Below, one piece after another: positions 30,144-41,655 of a DNA stretch of 64,000 bases (position 1 is the first letter of the stretch; every line of letters begins with the position of its first letter). Source of the stretch: Rhynchopus sp. YZ270_cl-10 (taxonomy: Eukaryota); assembly GCA_964035575.1 (NCBI GenBank), contig OZ037847.1:930001-994000 (forward strand), given 5' to 3'. The notes beneath the pieces were generated by a model, which worked only from the letters and a program-made list of their open reading frames with translations, had not been told where the DNA came from and searched no databases. Made by a program: the position numbers and the translations under genes.

Positions 30144-32830
30144 TACAGTGACGACGAGAGGCTAAGTATAACTATCATCTTAAACCTCCTGAAAGGGAAA
30201 AATAGTAAAGGTTTCCAACCTTTATTCTTTTTTCCCACATGGAAGTCATCCAAATCCATCAATAACATATGGCAGGCTACCCTCTGTTAACCAATACCCC
30301 CCCATTACCCCACCCACCCCAGCATCCATAGTGGCTCAGAGCAGCAGCATTGCTCGTTATAAAACCACGCCGTTTTTTTTTTTCTTTGTCAATTTCACCT
30401 TTTTCCAAGGAGAGGGTTATTCCCTTTCTTCATGTCCCTTCGCCTCCCCCCTTTTTAAATGTGTGTGCACACTAGACATTCATCTTCCAAATTTTTATTT
30501 TTATTTTTGTACTCAGGTAGCTACGTGCCGTAAAGGCGATCGTGTGCTAATACAGAAAGTATCAGACAAGGCTGTCCTTACAGACGCATGCCACAAAGAA
30601 GCCACCGCCACGTGGGTGTAGACTTAAGAGCGAAGTTTCAGCATTGTGCTAGCCCTAAGTGAGGGTTCCTGGCGACCGGCGAAGGTCTCTTCCAATCCGT
30701 AACCCAGCTTCCTAGGGGCCTTTTTGACTTTGCCCTCGGGATTTATGAGACCACCATACCTACCCTCGTGCCTCTGCTTCTTTAGGTACAGCGTTTATGA
30801 TTAGCGGTAATAAAATAGCTTCTAAAAAGAAGAAAAATGGAATAATTTTTATGGTGTCTGCCATCCAAAGAGGTGTTGCGCACTTTCCTTTATTCATTGG
30901 AAATAATGATGAAAATATTAACGTTTGATACGCCCTCTTTTTTGTCTAGCAATCTGGATTAAGGTTTTCCCCCCGATGACTCCCTACCTTCTCAATGAAG
31001 CTTTTTTGTTGGCGGTATAGGCCCGCTATTTTTGAAACCTGCACCGATGTTGGTAGTACCAAAAAGGTATTGCACATTGTCTTTTGATTCAAGAATAAAA
31101 GCAAAAGAAGGTCATAGTGATTTTGACATAGTCCCTTTATTAAATCCAAAATGAAAGTGAAGGCTGTGGTATTTACACTCCAACAATTTACATACAATAC
31201 AATGAGGCCGAACAAGCCTTGCTAAGGCCTGATACAGGCGTGGCTGAGGCGTGACTGTAAGTATTAGTACACCTCAGCCACGCCCCAGCCACGCCTCAGA
31301 TAGATTCTCCAGACATGCCTATTTTCAGGTAGTCGACCTCGTTGCATTGTATGAATTTATTCAAAAAAACAAAACAAAAAAAAAACAAAACAAAAAATAA
31401 ACTTAATAACAACCGTGCGAACAGGAGAGTAAATGTGACTATCCCCAATATCCTATTCCACCCCCCTTTTTTTTTTGTTTTTTTTTTGTTTACCTCAGCG
31501 TCTTATCCAGGAATCCAGATTTCAAGATCAGGGAGGGATCAGCTTAGTTTTTGACCAACAAAAAAAAAAAAATCAGCACTGCTGACACGCGAGTACACGA
31601 GTGAGGGGGCGGGGCTTTCTACGGGTCGAGTCAGAGATTGAGACTTGGTGGACCCCCGCCCGCAGCGGACCCGGACCCCCTGGAAAAGCAAAAACAACAA
31701 CATTTATTCAATCCCCTTGGAAAGACGCTGACCATACTTCTCACACCCCCCCACTCTTTTTTTTAACCTCACAGCCCCACCATCAGCACCCCCCATAGGT
31801 TTTTTTTATACTATTTTTCAAAGTTCTCTTCTCTCCCCTCCCTTCTTTACATTTTTCGGCAGTCGGTTGTATTTTTTGGAGTGCCAAAAAACTCTCAACT
31901 GCATGCTTATGCCAATTTTACCTTTTGCGCCCTTTTTTTTTTCCTCCCCCTTTTTTCTCCCTTCGCAAATCATTTCCCCCGTTCCCCCCATTACCTTTGG
32001 GCAGAACAGAAACGTTTTTTTTTTAAAGGAACGGGAAACAATTATATAAACGTACTAAATGCCCCCAGCGATTAGGTGCATATGCGGTCGAGGTACTACA
32101 AGACTCATTGTATCTAATTACCAGTTGTTTTTATACCTTTTTTTTTTTTTGTCGACATTTTGTTTTCTCTCGAAAACGTTTCAGTTTAAATATTCTTTCG
32201 GCAGAAATAGAAGAGTTTTTTTTTTTTTTAATTTATTTTTTTTAATTTTGCATTATTTTGCGATTTCCCATTCCCTTCTTCGAAATTTAGTTTAAAAGTA
32301 TTTTTTTTTCTCTTCAAAAGGTACTGTTTGTTTACCTTAGAGACACGAGAGAGAGACAGAGACAGAGAGAGAGAGTAAATTGTTTCAAACAAGAGACTTT
32401 TTATTCCCCTCGTCCATCCCGAATTCCACCCCACCCATACCCCCTCCTTCACTCAGTTATCAGAACTCTCAGACTTAGTCCCGTGATAACAATAGAAAAA
32501 AACTTCATTATTTTCACAGCACCGAGCAAATAAAGTGGTCTGCCCCATTTTTGAGTGAAGCGTAATTTTATTTTACTTTTTTTTTTTTTGTTTTTGTTTC
32601 CCTCAGCGTATCCCCTTCCCCCTGCATGATTTATTTTGTTTGTTTGTTTGTTTGTTTGTTTTTTTTTTTTTTTTGGTTTAAATTTTACTCCACCGAATAA
32701 AATTCAGGATATATTAACTTTGATGGGTAGGAAGGGAGGGAGACATACCTGTTTTAATAATTGCAGTATCACGGGTCAACCATATTGCAGGTTGTGCAAA
32801 TATTCATTTTTCGTTTTTTTAAAAAAAAAC

Positions 32831-32867
<37 letters not shown>

Positions 32868-33918
32868 AAAAAAAAAACGAAGTTCACTATACCTTGTGTA
32901 TTCGTAGACGGTTTTAAATGGTAACAAATAATATCCGTGACGGGTTTTTACCATAGCGAAAATAATTTTGATGGACGAGAAATACGGGATTTTTTGAAAA
33001 GGACACGTCTTCATTAAAGTTGAAGAACGGAAATAAGGTGCCAGCTAGGGTAGAGGGTGGACCTTGAAGGGGGGTGGTGTGCTCTTTAATGGTGACTCAG
33101 GCACGTTAAGCCTTAGCCCAATATATTCCTTTTGTGAAAGAGAATGGTGTGCTTGTTATTTGTAACGCTCCGCATCCTCTCCCAGCAGTTCTGACATGAA
33201 ACGGGTATTGTGTGCTTAGCCAGAAGGAAACCTTATCATGTAGTAAATTGATTCACTGAGTCCTTTTGGGGGAAGTTGTGGAGGGGAGCATTTTCTTTCT
33301 TTCTCTCTCTCTCTATTTTTTTTTTTTTTTTGTTCTTTCCACTTTCAAATCAAGGGATGTGTGTCGCAGTGCATATGTTTTGGCCAACATTTGAGTGCAA
33401 ATCTTTACCCAGTATTGGTGTAAAGGGATTGTCGACAATGAAAAGGGATACCCTCTCCTTTGCGGTCATTATGTCTTCACCACACACACCCCCCGATTAG
33501 GTCTCGCGTTTGTTGCTACCCTGACAAAAACAAAAAAAAAAATCTTTTCGCGAGGGAAGGGAGAAAACATCAGGTTTTTTTTTTTTTTTTTGAAAGACCC
33601 CCGTCATGTTTATTGAATGGAGGTTTATAGTAATCCAACCCTTTTTGTATTTCAAAATGGCCTGTGTCTGACGAAGGATGCTAGCTGTTTGTGGAATTTC
33701 AAAAAAAAATGCCAGGGGGGAATTTTTTTTTCTTTGTGAGTTTTTTTCTTTTAATTGATGCCAATCAGAGATTGGATATCTCATAAATGTGCACTATTAC
33801 CTCTCTCTTTCTTTTTTGCATAACGTGAAAACAGTTTTTTTTCCCCCCTTCAAAATCCAGAATTATGCGGCTATAGTAGCTATTTCCCTGGTGTGCACAT
33901 CTCCCAAATTTTCTTGGT

Positions 33919-34292
33919 TTACTGGAGGGGGGGGGTCGAATAGTGCCCCCCTAAACAGTATACCCTTCCTGAGAAATTTTGGGACTTTTTAAAAAAAAAA
34001 ATTAACATTTTTCGCACCCTCTTTGCCTTCTTTTTGTTTAGAAAAGAAGGCAACGAGGGTGCGAAGAGAAATTTTATTTACTGGGGTGAAAGACCACAGA
34101 TGGTCAAAAGCGCCAAAATTTTGGTTTTAACAGCCTCAAATCATCGATATTAGCCCTATAAAGGAGGTCAAAAAAAAAAAATTGCCCTCCACTGCGAGTC
34201 CGCACTAAAAAAAAAATAGTTTAAAAATATGCCTGTCGGTTCGCCGAACAGTATACCCCAGGTATACTATTCGACCCCTTCCCCCCCAGTAA
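33919..34292. mobile_element. MITE-like element
   Basis: Imperfect TIRs TTACTGGAGGGGGGGGGTCGAATAGT / ACTATTCGACCCCTTCCCCCCCAGTAA; no ORF. Confidence 0.6.
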
Positions 34293-35131
34293 GCTTTTTT
34301 ATTTTTATTTTTATAAATGAACCAAAAGGAGTTCTTTCCCCCCTTTTTTTTGGTGACTAAGCACGAGAGGCTTAGGTTCATCTTATAAACTTTCCCCCCC
34401 TCAGTGCCTGCGTCCTCCGATGAATGGTAGAGGCGTTTGTACTTGCAACTTCTCTTTTCTTTTTCTTTTTCTCCCAAGCAGCAGTGAAGACTGCTGGGCG
34501 ACGGATACACTAATCAACAAACCCGAAAAACAACAACAAGAAAATATGAAGAAAAAAAAAATTGGCTTCAGCAGAGCTAATCTTGAAGATGGCATGTTGG
34601 CCCCCACTTTTTTTTGTTTTGTTTAAAGGTGACTAAGCACAGAGAGGCTTGTGCTCATCTTAACGACTTTATTCTGCGTTTTTTGTTTTGTTTTTTTGTT
34701 TGTTTTTTGTTTGGAAAATCAAAAATAATAATAAAAAATGGTCGTTTGACAACGTGCGGCCCTCCTACTTGGTGGTAGTTACGGTCAATACAACCTTCGA
34801 TTCAAACAGCCAAATAACAAAAAAACATTTTTTTTTTTTCTACGCACACTGCTTTATGAGCGGAAAGTGTCACGTCGTTCGCTCACCCAACTACGCTCCG
34901 CAACACCACCACCCTACAGGTGTGGAGGTAGTGTGTGGAAGCGTCAACGCATCAAAACAACTACAAGAAGGGGGGTGAGGGAACGGCACGTGACACTTTA
35001 TGCACATAAAACGCTAGCCTTTACTTCCTTCAATAAGGAAATCACCACTACCACCCAAAGTGAGGCTTTGATGCGAAACGTTTTATTTTTTTTATTTTTG
35101 GCAAAAAAAACCCCCCATTTTTAAACACCTT

Positions 35132-35513
35132 TCATGGTACACAGAAGATCTTACCTCAGCAGATATGGAAGAGAAACACTGTTTTTAAAGATCTTAGTTT
35201 TCCCTGGGGAAATTAAGATCTTTGGTAATATCTTAGTTTTTGGGCATTTTCTTTTCGCGACCCAAGGTTTTGCAAGCCAAGAACGAGGTCAAAATATATT
35301 TTCTGTCTCAGATCGTCCCGATCTTTCAAATATGGCCAGGTGTCGATTTGAAGAAAATTACACCGGCGAGTGGGTGTTTTCGAGTTTTTTTACAGTGTAA
35401 AAATTGTTTAAGAGTGGATTTCACTAAGATCTTAGATACAACATTTTCCTAAGACAAGACAATGGGGGTTTTGGGACCCTCACCTCTTAGTTAAGATCTT
35501 CTGTTTATCATGA
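35132..35513. mobile_element. MITE-like element with internal AAGATCTT repeats
   Basis: Imperfect TIRs TCATGGTACACAGAAGATCTTA / TAAGATCTTCTGTTTATCATGA. Confidence 0.6.
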
Positions 35514-36080
35514 CCTTTTCAAATGTTTAAAAAGTTTGGCTTCTAATATGTAGTTGCTTCCCTCCCCCCTCCCCGTCTCCTTCTCCCTCAAACCCCACTC
35601 ACCTCCCCACTCAAGTTATGCGACCGCAACAAATACACCCCCCATCCCTCAGTATTTGAGCAAACAACAAAGCCCGCTTCTCCCCCCTTTTTTTAAAAAA
35701 GCTATCCGTTTATCCATCTCATTCCCAAAACACCAGTTTTTTAAAATTTCTCGGACAACTCTGTGCAAAAAACCTGCATTAGCTGATGCACGACAACGAT
35801 TGTGATAAACTTTTCCTTACCAGGTGTTCTGGTCATGCACTAAGCATCTAGGCACACTATCACGGGCTTTGTATGTCAAATCACATTGGGTGCGCATATC
35901 TGTGGAGTCTGACATAGAACCTTCCATGGAGCTGGTACTAATCTCTGATCCTAGGAGCGACCTGGTAACCCCCTCAGCGCTTTTGCCATACAGCTGAAAC
36001 TGATGCTGTACGATCAAGAGGCGAGTGTACTCCAAAACTTTTATTTCCCCCATCTCTTCCACCTTACCCACAGAGGGACA

Positions 36081-37724
36081 ATGGGTTGTACACAGGGGAA
36101 GGCCGCAGCAAAGCCGCCGAGGACCCCTCTCAGGACCCCGGAGTGTTCGCAGCCGAAGCCTGCCGCTTCACCGAGTTCTGCACAGTTTAATCCTCCGTCG
36201 CCTTTGCCTTGTCCGCTTCCTCCGTTTTTGCAGGACACACACGGTGATGTGCACAATGAGTACCGCCGCAAGCATCATGCCTGCGACCTGGTGTATGACG
36301 TCAACCTAGCGCGCAACGCAAAGGTCCAGGCAAACCTCTGTCTTAAGGCAGGGAAAATGCTCCATGGGACCTGCGACGGGGAAGGGCAGAACATCTACAC
36401 TATGTCGTACTCCGGCTACACACCCGACGACGAAACCGTTGCGACCAAGGCTGTCCGTGCCTGGTATGATACTGAGGTCTCAAAGTACACCGAAGCAGGC
36501 TGTGGTCTCAAGGGCATGCAGAACGGTGCGGGGCACTTCACCCAGGTTGTGTGGAAGGCTACGAATCGCTTTGGGATGGCGATTGCGCGGGAGGAAGGGC
36601 GGGTGTACGTGGTCACGAACTATGCTGAGGCAGGGAATGTGGCGGATGACCACTACATTCGGAGCAATGTGTGGATGCCGGGGGATCCTGATGCACCACC
36701 AGTTCCTTCGAAGGCAGCACTACCACGGGAATGCAACATGGAGCAGCTGCAGCAGGTCCATGCCGATGTGCACAACGCCTTCAGAAAGAAACATCGAGCA
36801 TGCGATCTTACATATGACGAAGCCCTGGCACGCAACGCACAAATACAGGCAGATATATGCCTCGAAGCAGGCAAAATGATGCACGGAACCTGCGACGAAG
36901 AAGGCCAAAACCTCTACATGCTTACCTTCGCTGGCTACACCCCCGACGGCGAAACTGTGGCCCGAGACGCTGTCACGCAATGGTACGAAACCGAGCTTCC
37001 CCTCTACCAAAAAGCTGGCGGTGGCATCAAGGGAATGCGAAACGATGCTGGCCACTTCACCCAGGTAGTGTGGAAGGGGACGACCCGGTTTGGGATGGCA
37101 ATTGCACGCAGTTCGAACATGGTCATTGTGTGTACAAACTATGCAGAGGCGGGGAACCTTGATGATGACTATTTCATTCGTAAAAATGTGTGGTTGCCAG
37201 GGGACCCTGATGAGCCGCCACCACCATCGAACAATATCATTGCACAGAATGCTTCAGATGTGAATCGTTTGCAGCACGTTGCTTTGGATATTGTTAATGC
37301 GCATCGTAAGAAGCATCATGTGAAAGTGGTCAAGCACGACGCGTCTCTTGCCGCAAAGGCACAAAAACATGCCGAAAAATGCGTCAAAGCAAAGAATCTC
37401 CAAGTCTACAACACCAAGGGAATAGGCGAAACACTCTACATGATATCCTTCGTTGGGGGCTCGCCTGACTGTGAAACCATCATGAAGGAGGCTATCGAAT
37501 CATGGTACGCAGATGTCGAAGTGTACAAAAAGCACGGCGGTGGAGTCAGCGGGCTCACAAATGGGGCCGGCAATTTCACACAACTCGTCTGGAAAGGAAG
37601 CACCAAGATGGGCCTTGGTTTTGCGAGGTCTGAGCACAACATATGCGTCATCGCCTTCTTCACACCTCAAGGCAACATCACTGATGAAGGCATCGTAAGG
37701 GCAAATGTTTACTTGCAACACTAA
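36081..37724 (+). CDS. Triple CAP/SCP (GAPR-1/PR-1-like) domain protein, predicted N-acylated
   Basis: Three repeats of HN.YR.KH...GQN/GET..WY..GHFTQVVWK/GNFTQLVWK..GN; MGCTQGK N-terminus. Confidence 0.93.
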   Translation: MGCTQGKAAAKPPRTPLRTPECSQPKPAASPSSAQFNPPSPLPCPLPPFLQDTHGDVHNEYRRKHHACDLVYDVNLARNAKVQANLCLKAGKMLHGTCDGEGQNIYTMSYSGYTPDDETVATKAVRAWYDTEVSKYTEAGCGLKGMQNGAGHFTQVVWKATNRFGMAIAREEGRVYVVTNYAEAGNVADDHYIRSNVWMPGDPDAPPVPSKAALPRECNMEQLQQVHADVHNAFRKKHRACDLTYDEALARNAQIQADICLEAGKMMHGTCDEEGQNLYMLTFAGYTPDGETVARDAVTQWYETELPLYQKAGGGIKGMRNDAGHFTQVVWKGTTRFGMAIARSSNMVIVCTNYAEAGNLDDDYFIRKNVWLPGDPDEPPPPSNNIIAQNASDVNRLQHVALDIVNAHRKKHHVKVVKHDASLAAKAQKHAEKCVKAKNLQVYNTKGIGETLYMISFVGGSPDCETIMKEAIESWYADVEVYKKHGGGVSGLTNGAGNFTQLVWKGSTKMGLGFARSEHNICVIAFFTPQGNITDEGIVRANVYLQH

Positions 37725-38274
37725 AAAAAGGCTCTTTCTTTAGCAACCATTTTTGCTTTTTTTTAAAATTTCTCTTTTCTTTTTCTTGACGTCTGTAGAG
37801 GCGGCTAAAAATCTTTTTATCCTTTTTTGAAGTCTTTGAAGCCACCTCAGATTTTCCATGGGGGAATTTTTTTTAAAAGATGAATTGTGAGCAGGGATTT
37901 TTCTAAATGTGGATTGGGATTGGGATTTCCGGAAAATAAAAAAATTCCCTGAAAAAAATTCCTTGTTTTTCCCTACAGCAATTTCAGGTACATTCTACCC
38001 CACCCCACCCCCAGAGAGTTTCGCCTGTGGGATGCGATCGATCAACGCGATCAAATAAAGCGAAAAAAGGGGGGAACAAAAAAATAAAATCCCGGATTTT
38101 CGAGAAAAAAATTGGCTCTGCAGGCGGTTGCTGTAGTTGTGGGTGCGGATGTTCACGTCAGTTGCAGGCAAACGTCCAGCATCAGAGACATTTGAGGTTG
38201 TGCACAAGAAGAAGGAGAAGACGTGTCAATCGCATTCAATTATGAGGGTTGGAAGACGGAGGAGATCTCAGATG

Positions 38275-38470
38275 GTGCGTACCGTGGCTTCGCCAGGAAC
38301 CTTTGGGTGCCTAATGACCGCCGTTTCTTTCATAAATGTACCGAGGTTACTGATAAGGCTGATACACTACGGCTTGTGGTTCACCCCTCCCCACCCGCCT
38401 TTTGTGCATCAGAGGGAGAAAGCGCCACGCCTCCCTGCACTGGCAGGGAGTCGCGAGCGCGAAGCGCGCA
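38275..38470 (+). repeat. Dispersed repeat family (core GCGTACCGTGGCTTCGCCAGGAACCTTTGG)
   Basis: Related copies at ~46970, 47054, 47706, 47823 and inverted at ~54425-54830. Confidence 0.8.
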
Positions 38471-41400
38471 GCGACCGCTTTACGGGGGGAAAGCTCGGGA
38501 CCCCAAATCACCCCCGTTTTAGCCAAAAGGGGTGATTGGTGAGTGACCTGTCGACATGTCGGGGGAAAAAATATTTTTTTCCACAAAAAGGTCAAAAAAC
38601 GGCCCAAAAAATATACCAAAAAAAACAGGAAATTTTTTGGATTGGGATTTCGGAATTTGGCCAAAAAGGGACGGATTTAGAGATATCCTTGATTGTGAGT
38701 TTAGAGTGCTGTGGGTTTCTTTGTTTCATATAAAACGGCATCTCTGTGAATGAGCAAAAAACCGCAAGCAATAAAAACACACACACACACTGATCTTTTT
38801 TTATCATTTTTAATGGATTGCAGAGTTCTTTGCCTTTTTAAAGACGGATTCCTTTTCTAAGATGGGTAGCGTGGCGAACATTTATTGATCTCTCTCCTTT
38901 TGGTTAGGTGACTAATCACAGAGAGGCTTAACCAAGAGGTTCATTTTTACCGACTTCTTTTCGGTCCACAGAAACCAATAGTCTTTACCTACCTTCCGTA
39001 GTGCAAAGGCTTCGGCCAACATTGAATACCGACCCTATTAGCCCGAGTGAGTTCTTAGGCGATTGTTGACAAAAAAATAAAAAAAATAAAAATAAAAAAG
39101 CAGGGAAGTTCCTAAGTGGGACCGAGAACATGAAATTCTGGATTTTAGTTTTTTTTTCCTTTTTTTTTTTCCTTTTTTTCCTTGGGGGGCTTTCTTGTGG
39201 TTTCTAGTGGGTTTCACTGTAGGTGACACACCACCAGTGTGGTGAAATGGTCGAAACTCTCAAAAGCAAGAGTTTTCAGGGGGCAAGAAAAAAAAAATTG
39301 ACAACAAAATCCTGCACCGTCAGGGCTGTACCCCCAATTTTTTTTTGCCTGCGGCGCCATTTTTCATTTTTTGCTCTGCAAAAAAGGGTTCGTTGGAAGC
39401 TAGATTTTTACACTGTACTCAAAATTTTTTGCCTGCGGCGCCATTTATATTATTTTTTGCTCCGCAAAAAGAGAAGTGCAACGCCTCACCGTTCATCGGC
39501 GGAAGCACTGGTTCCACGGGTTATCGAACCCCAGAGAGCACTTCATTGGCATGCACGCGGTTACCGCGAGGGAGCGTGTATGCAGGTACAAAATCACTGC
39601 CCCATCCAAATAATATTCCCAACGTCTTTGGGGGTCCCCTTGCATTTTGCAGCCAAAAATGCAACTAGACCAAAGCTGCAAAAAGTTCCGCGCGAGTGTA
39701 GCGCGCCCGGGTTTGGGACCCCTTTTTGAATTTCGAAGGGCGGTTAAAGTGGGCCCAGAATCACAGTTCTGACACTCATTTAGCATTGTGAGCAACTCAC
39801 TAGTGGTCGTAACCAAAATTTGTATCAATCAAGAACTTGTCCATTTTCTCGAAATGACCCCACTACAGTGAGGGTAGAGCTCGGAAAGCCCGAAAAAGGG
39901 CAAAAAACCCCACCCAAAAAAAGGAAAAAAACGGGAACATAAATCCAGAATTTTGCTGTTTTTCCCGAGAACAAGGAACAACCCTGTAAAAAAGCAACGA
40001 CGGCAAAAGCTCTCCTTAAGTCTATTTGTTTCAGGGTTTATATCTCCAACTTTTCCGCCCCCAAAAAACGTTTTGTTTCACGACAACAAAATTTTTTTCC
40101 CCTCCCCCATCCTGAGTTACGTTATGGATACCTGATACACATATGATTCTATGAGAGTATTGTTCTCCTTGACGGAGCCCCCCCTATAGTTTTAATTGTA
40201 GGCCCGCTCTACGTGAAAATGTATTTTCATTTAATACCCATCTCACCCCCAGCACCCCCTTTTTTTTAACAGATTGTAGCAGTAGATATAAGACTAAAAA
40301 TAAAAATGCTCAAAAAAAAATGCAGTGTGCCTCTAGGCGCAAGGCATGGGACGAAGATTATAACATTGCAACCAGAACCTGATTTGGTCGATACAACAAG
40401 CGTGGGGATTACAAGAAAAAAGCGAAGGGGCTACACGCTTGTCAATTTTTCAATTTTCAACAACAGCAAGAAACCCTCAAAAATGGGTTCATATTATTAT
40501 TGGTAAACAATGTTATTTCAATGAGGATACGAGACCTCCCCTTTTTTGCCAGTTATGCACACGTTTAGGAAGGGTAACTTCCTCTTTAGCCTGCCGACTC
40601 CATTTTTTTTGGAGATTCCAGGACTGTACATGCTCCGTTCCCTAAAAGGAATAGAATTTTTTTTTTTTTTTTTAAATTGTCGATGCCTTTGCAGTACAAA
40701 GGCTTCGGCTGAACATTGAGTACAGATCTTTATACCAAAAGGTGTAAAGTGATGGTCGATTCAACAATAAAAAAGAAAAATAAAAACGTTCTGAAGACAC
40801 CCCGTAGCTATCCCAAGGCATCTGCACATCCTGTACGTCCCAGATTGCCTCATAACCTTCCTGCACCGTACCATGTTCGTAACACCTTTCCCTTACGTGC
40901 GCCCCCCTGCGACCTAACTTCCCCATAATATTATGAACAAATGAAATAAAGCCAAAAAAATGGAATGCAAAATAAAACCATTCAAAACTTGGGTGTCCAC
41001 ACTAACAACCAAGTCTTTTCTTCGAAATTCTTTTTTTTTTTAAATGTAAAAATGGCGTCCTTTCGTGTCTTTTTTAAGATGATTATTCTTATCGATTTTT
41101 CGTCTTTTTCTTGTGTGTGTGACAGAGGGGGGGTTTTTTTTTAGTCCGGATTTTTCGAGCAGTGGGGGGTGAAGAAATTTTCTTCAATTTTTTCCAATAA
41201 ACCCCCCCCGTAAAAAAGAAAAGTTTATAAGATGATCCTATGACTCAGCCTCTCGTGCTCAGTCATCTAAAAAAACAACCTCGGGTGTGTGGAATAATAT
41301 TTTCTGATGGTTTAAACGGTATCAATACCATAGCAAAACAAAACAGCAGAGAAAAAAAGCAGTGACAAAACGTAAAACAACAATGGGGGATGAAGGGAAC

Positions 41401-41655
41401 GAAAAGTCCTGGGCATGCGTATTGCAGAAAAAAAAGAACCCAGGGCGGGGGCAACTACACTAACCCCAAACTATTTTATCAAAAAAAAATGAAATAATAC
41501 AACGGAAAGCTGCCAAAGCAACATCCGCAATACAGCCCACCACCTCCACCTTACATACCTTTGCCTTCCACGCGACCTTCCCTCTCTCCCTATCTACCCT
41601 ACCTTACAGTCATTATTTTTGGGGTAATTAATTTACAACTTTATCTCTTTTTTCA

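Noticed and set aside
27500..36000. Many short ORFs, and tRNA/rRNA genes, in the long intergenic region
   Set aside because: ORFs are poly-A/T driven (Phe/Lys runs); no cloverleaf or rRNA signature seen
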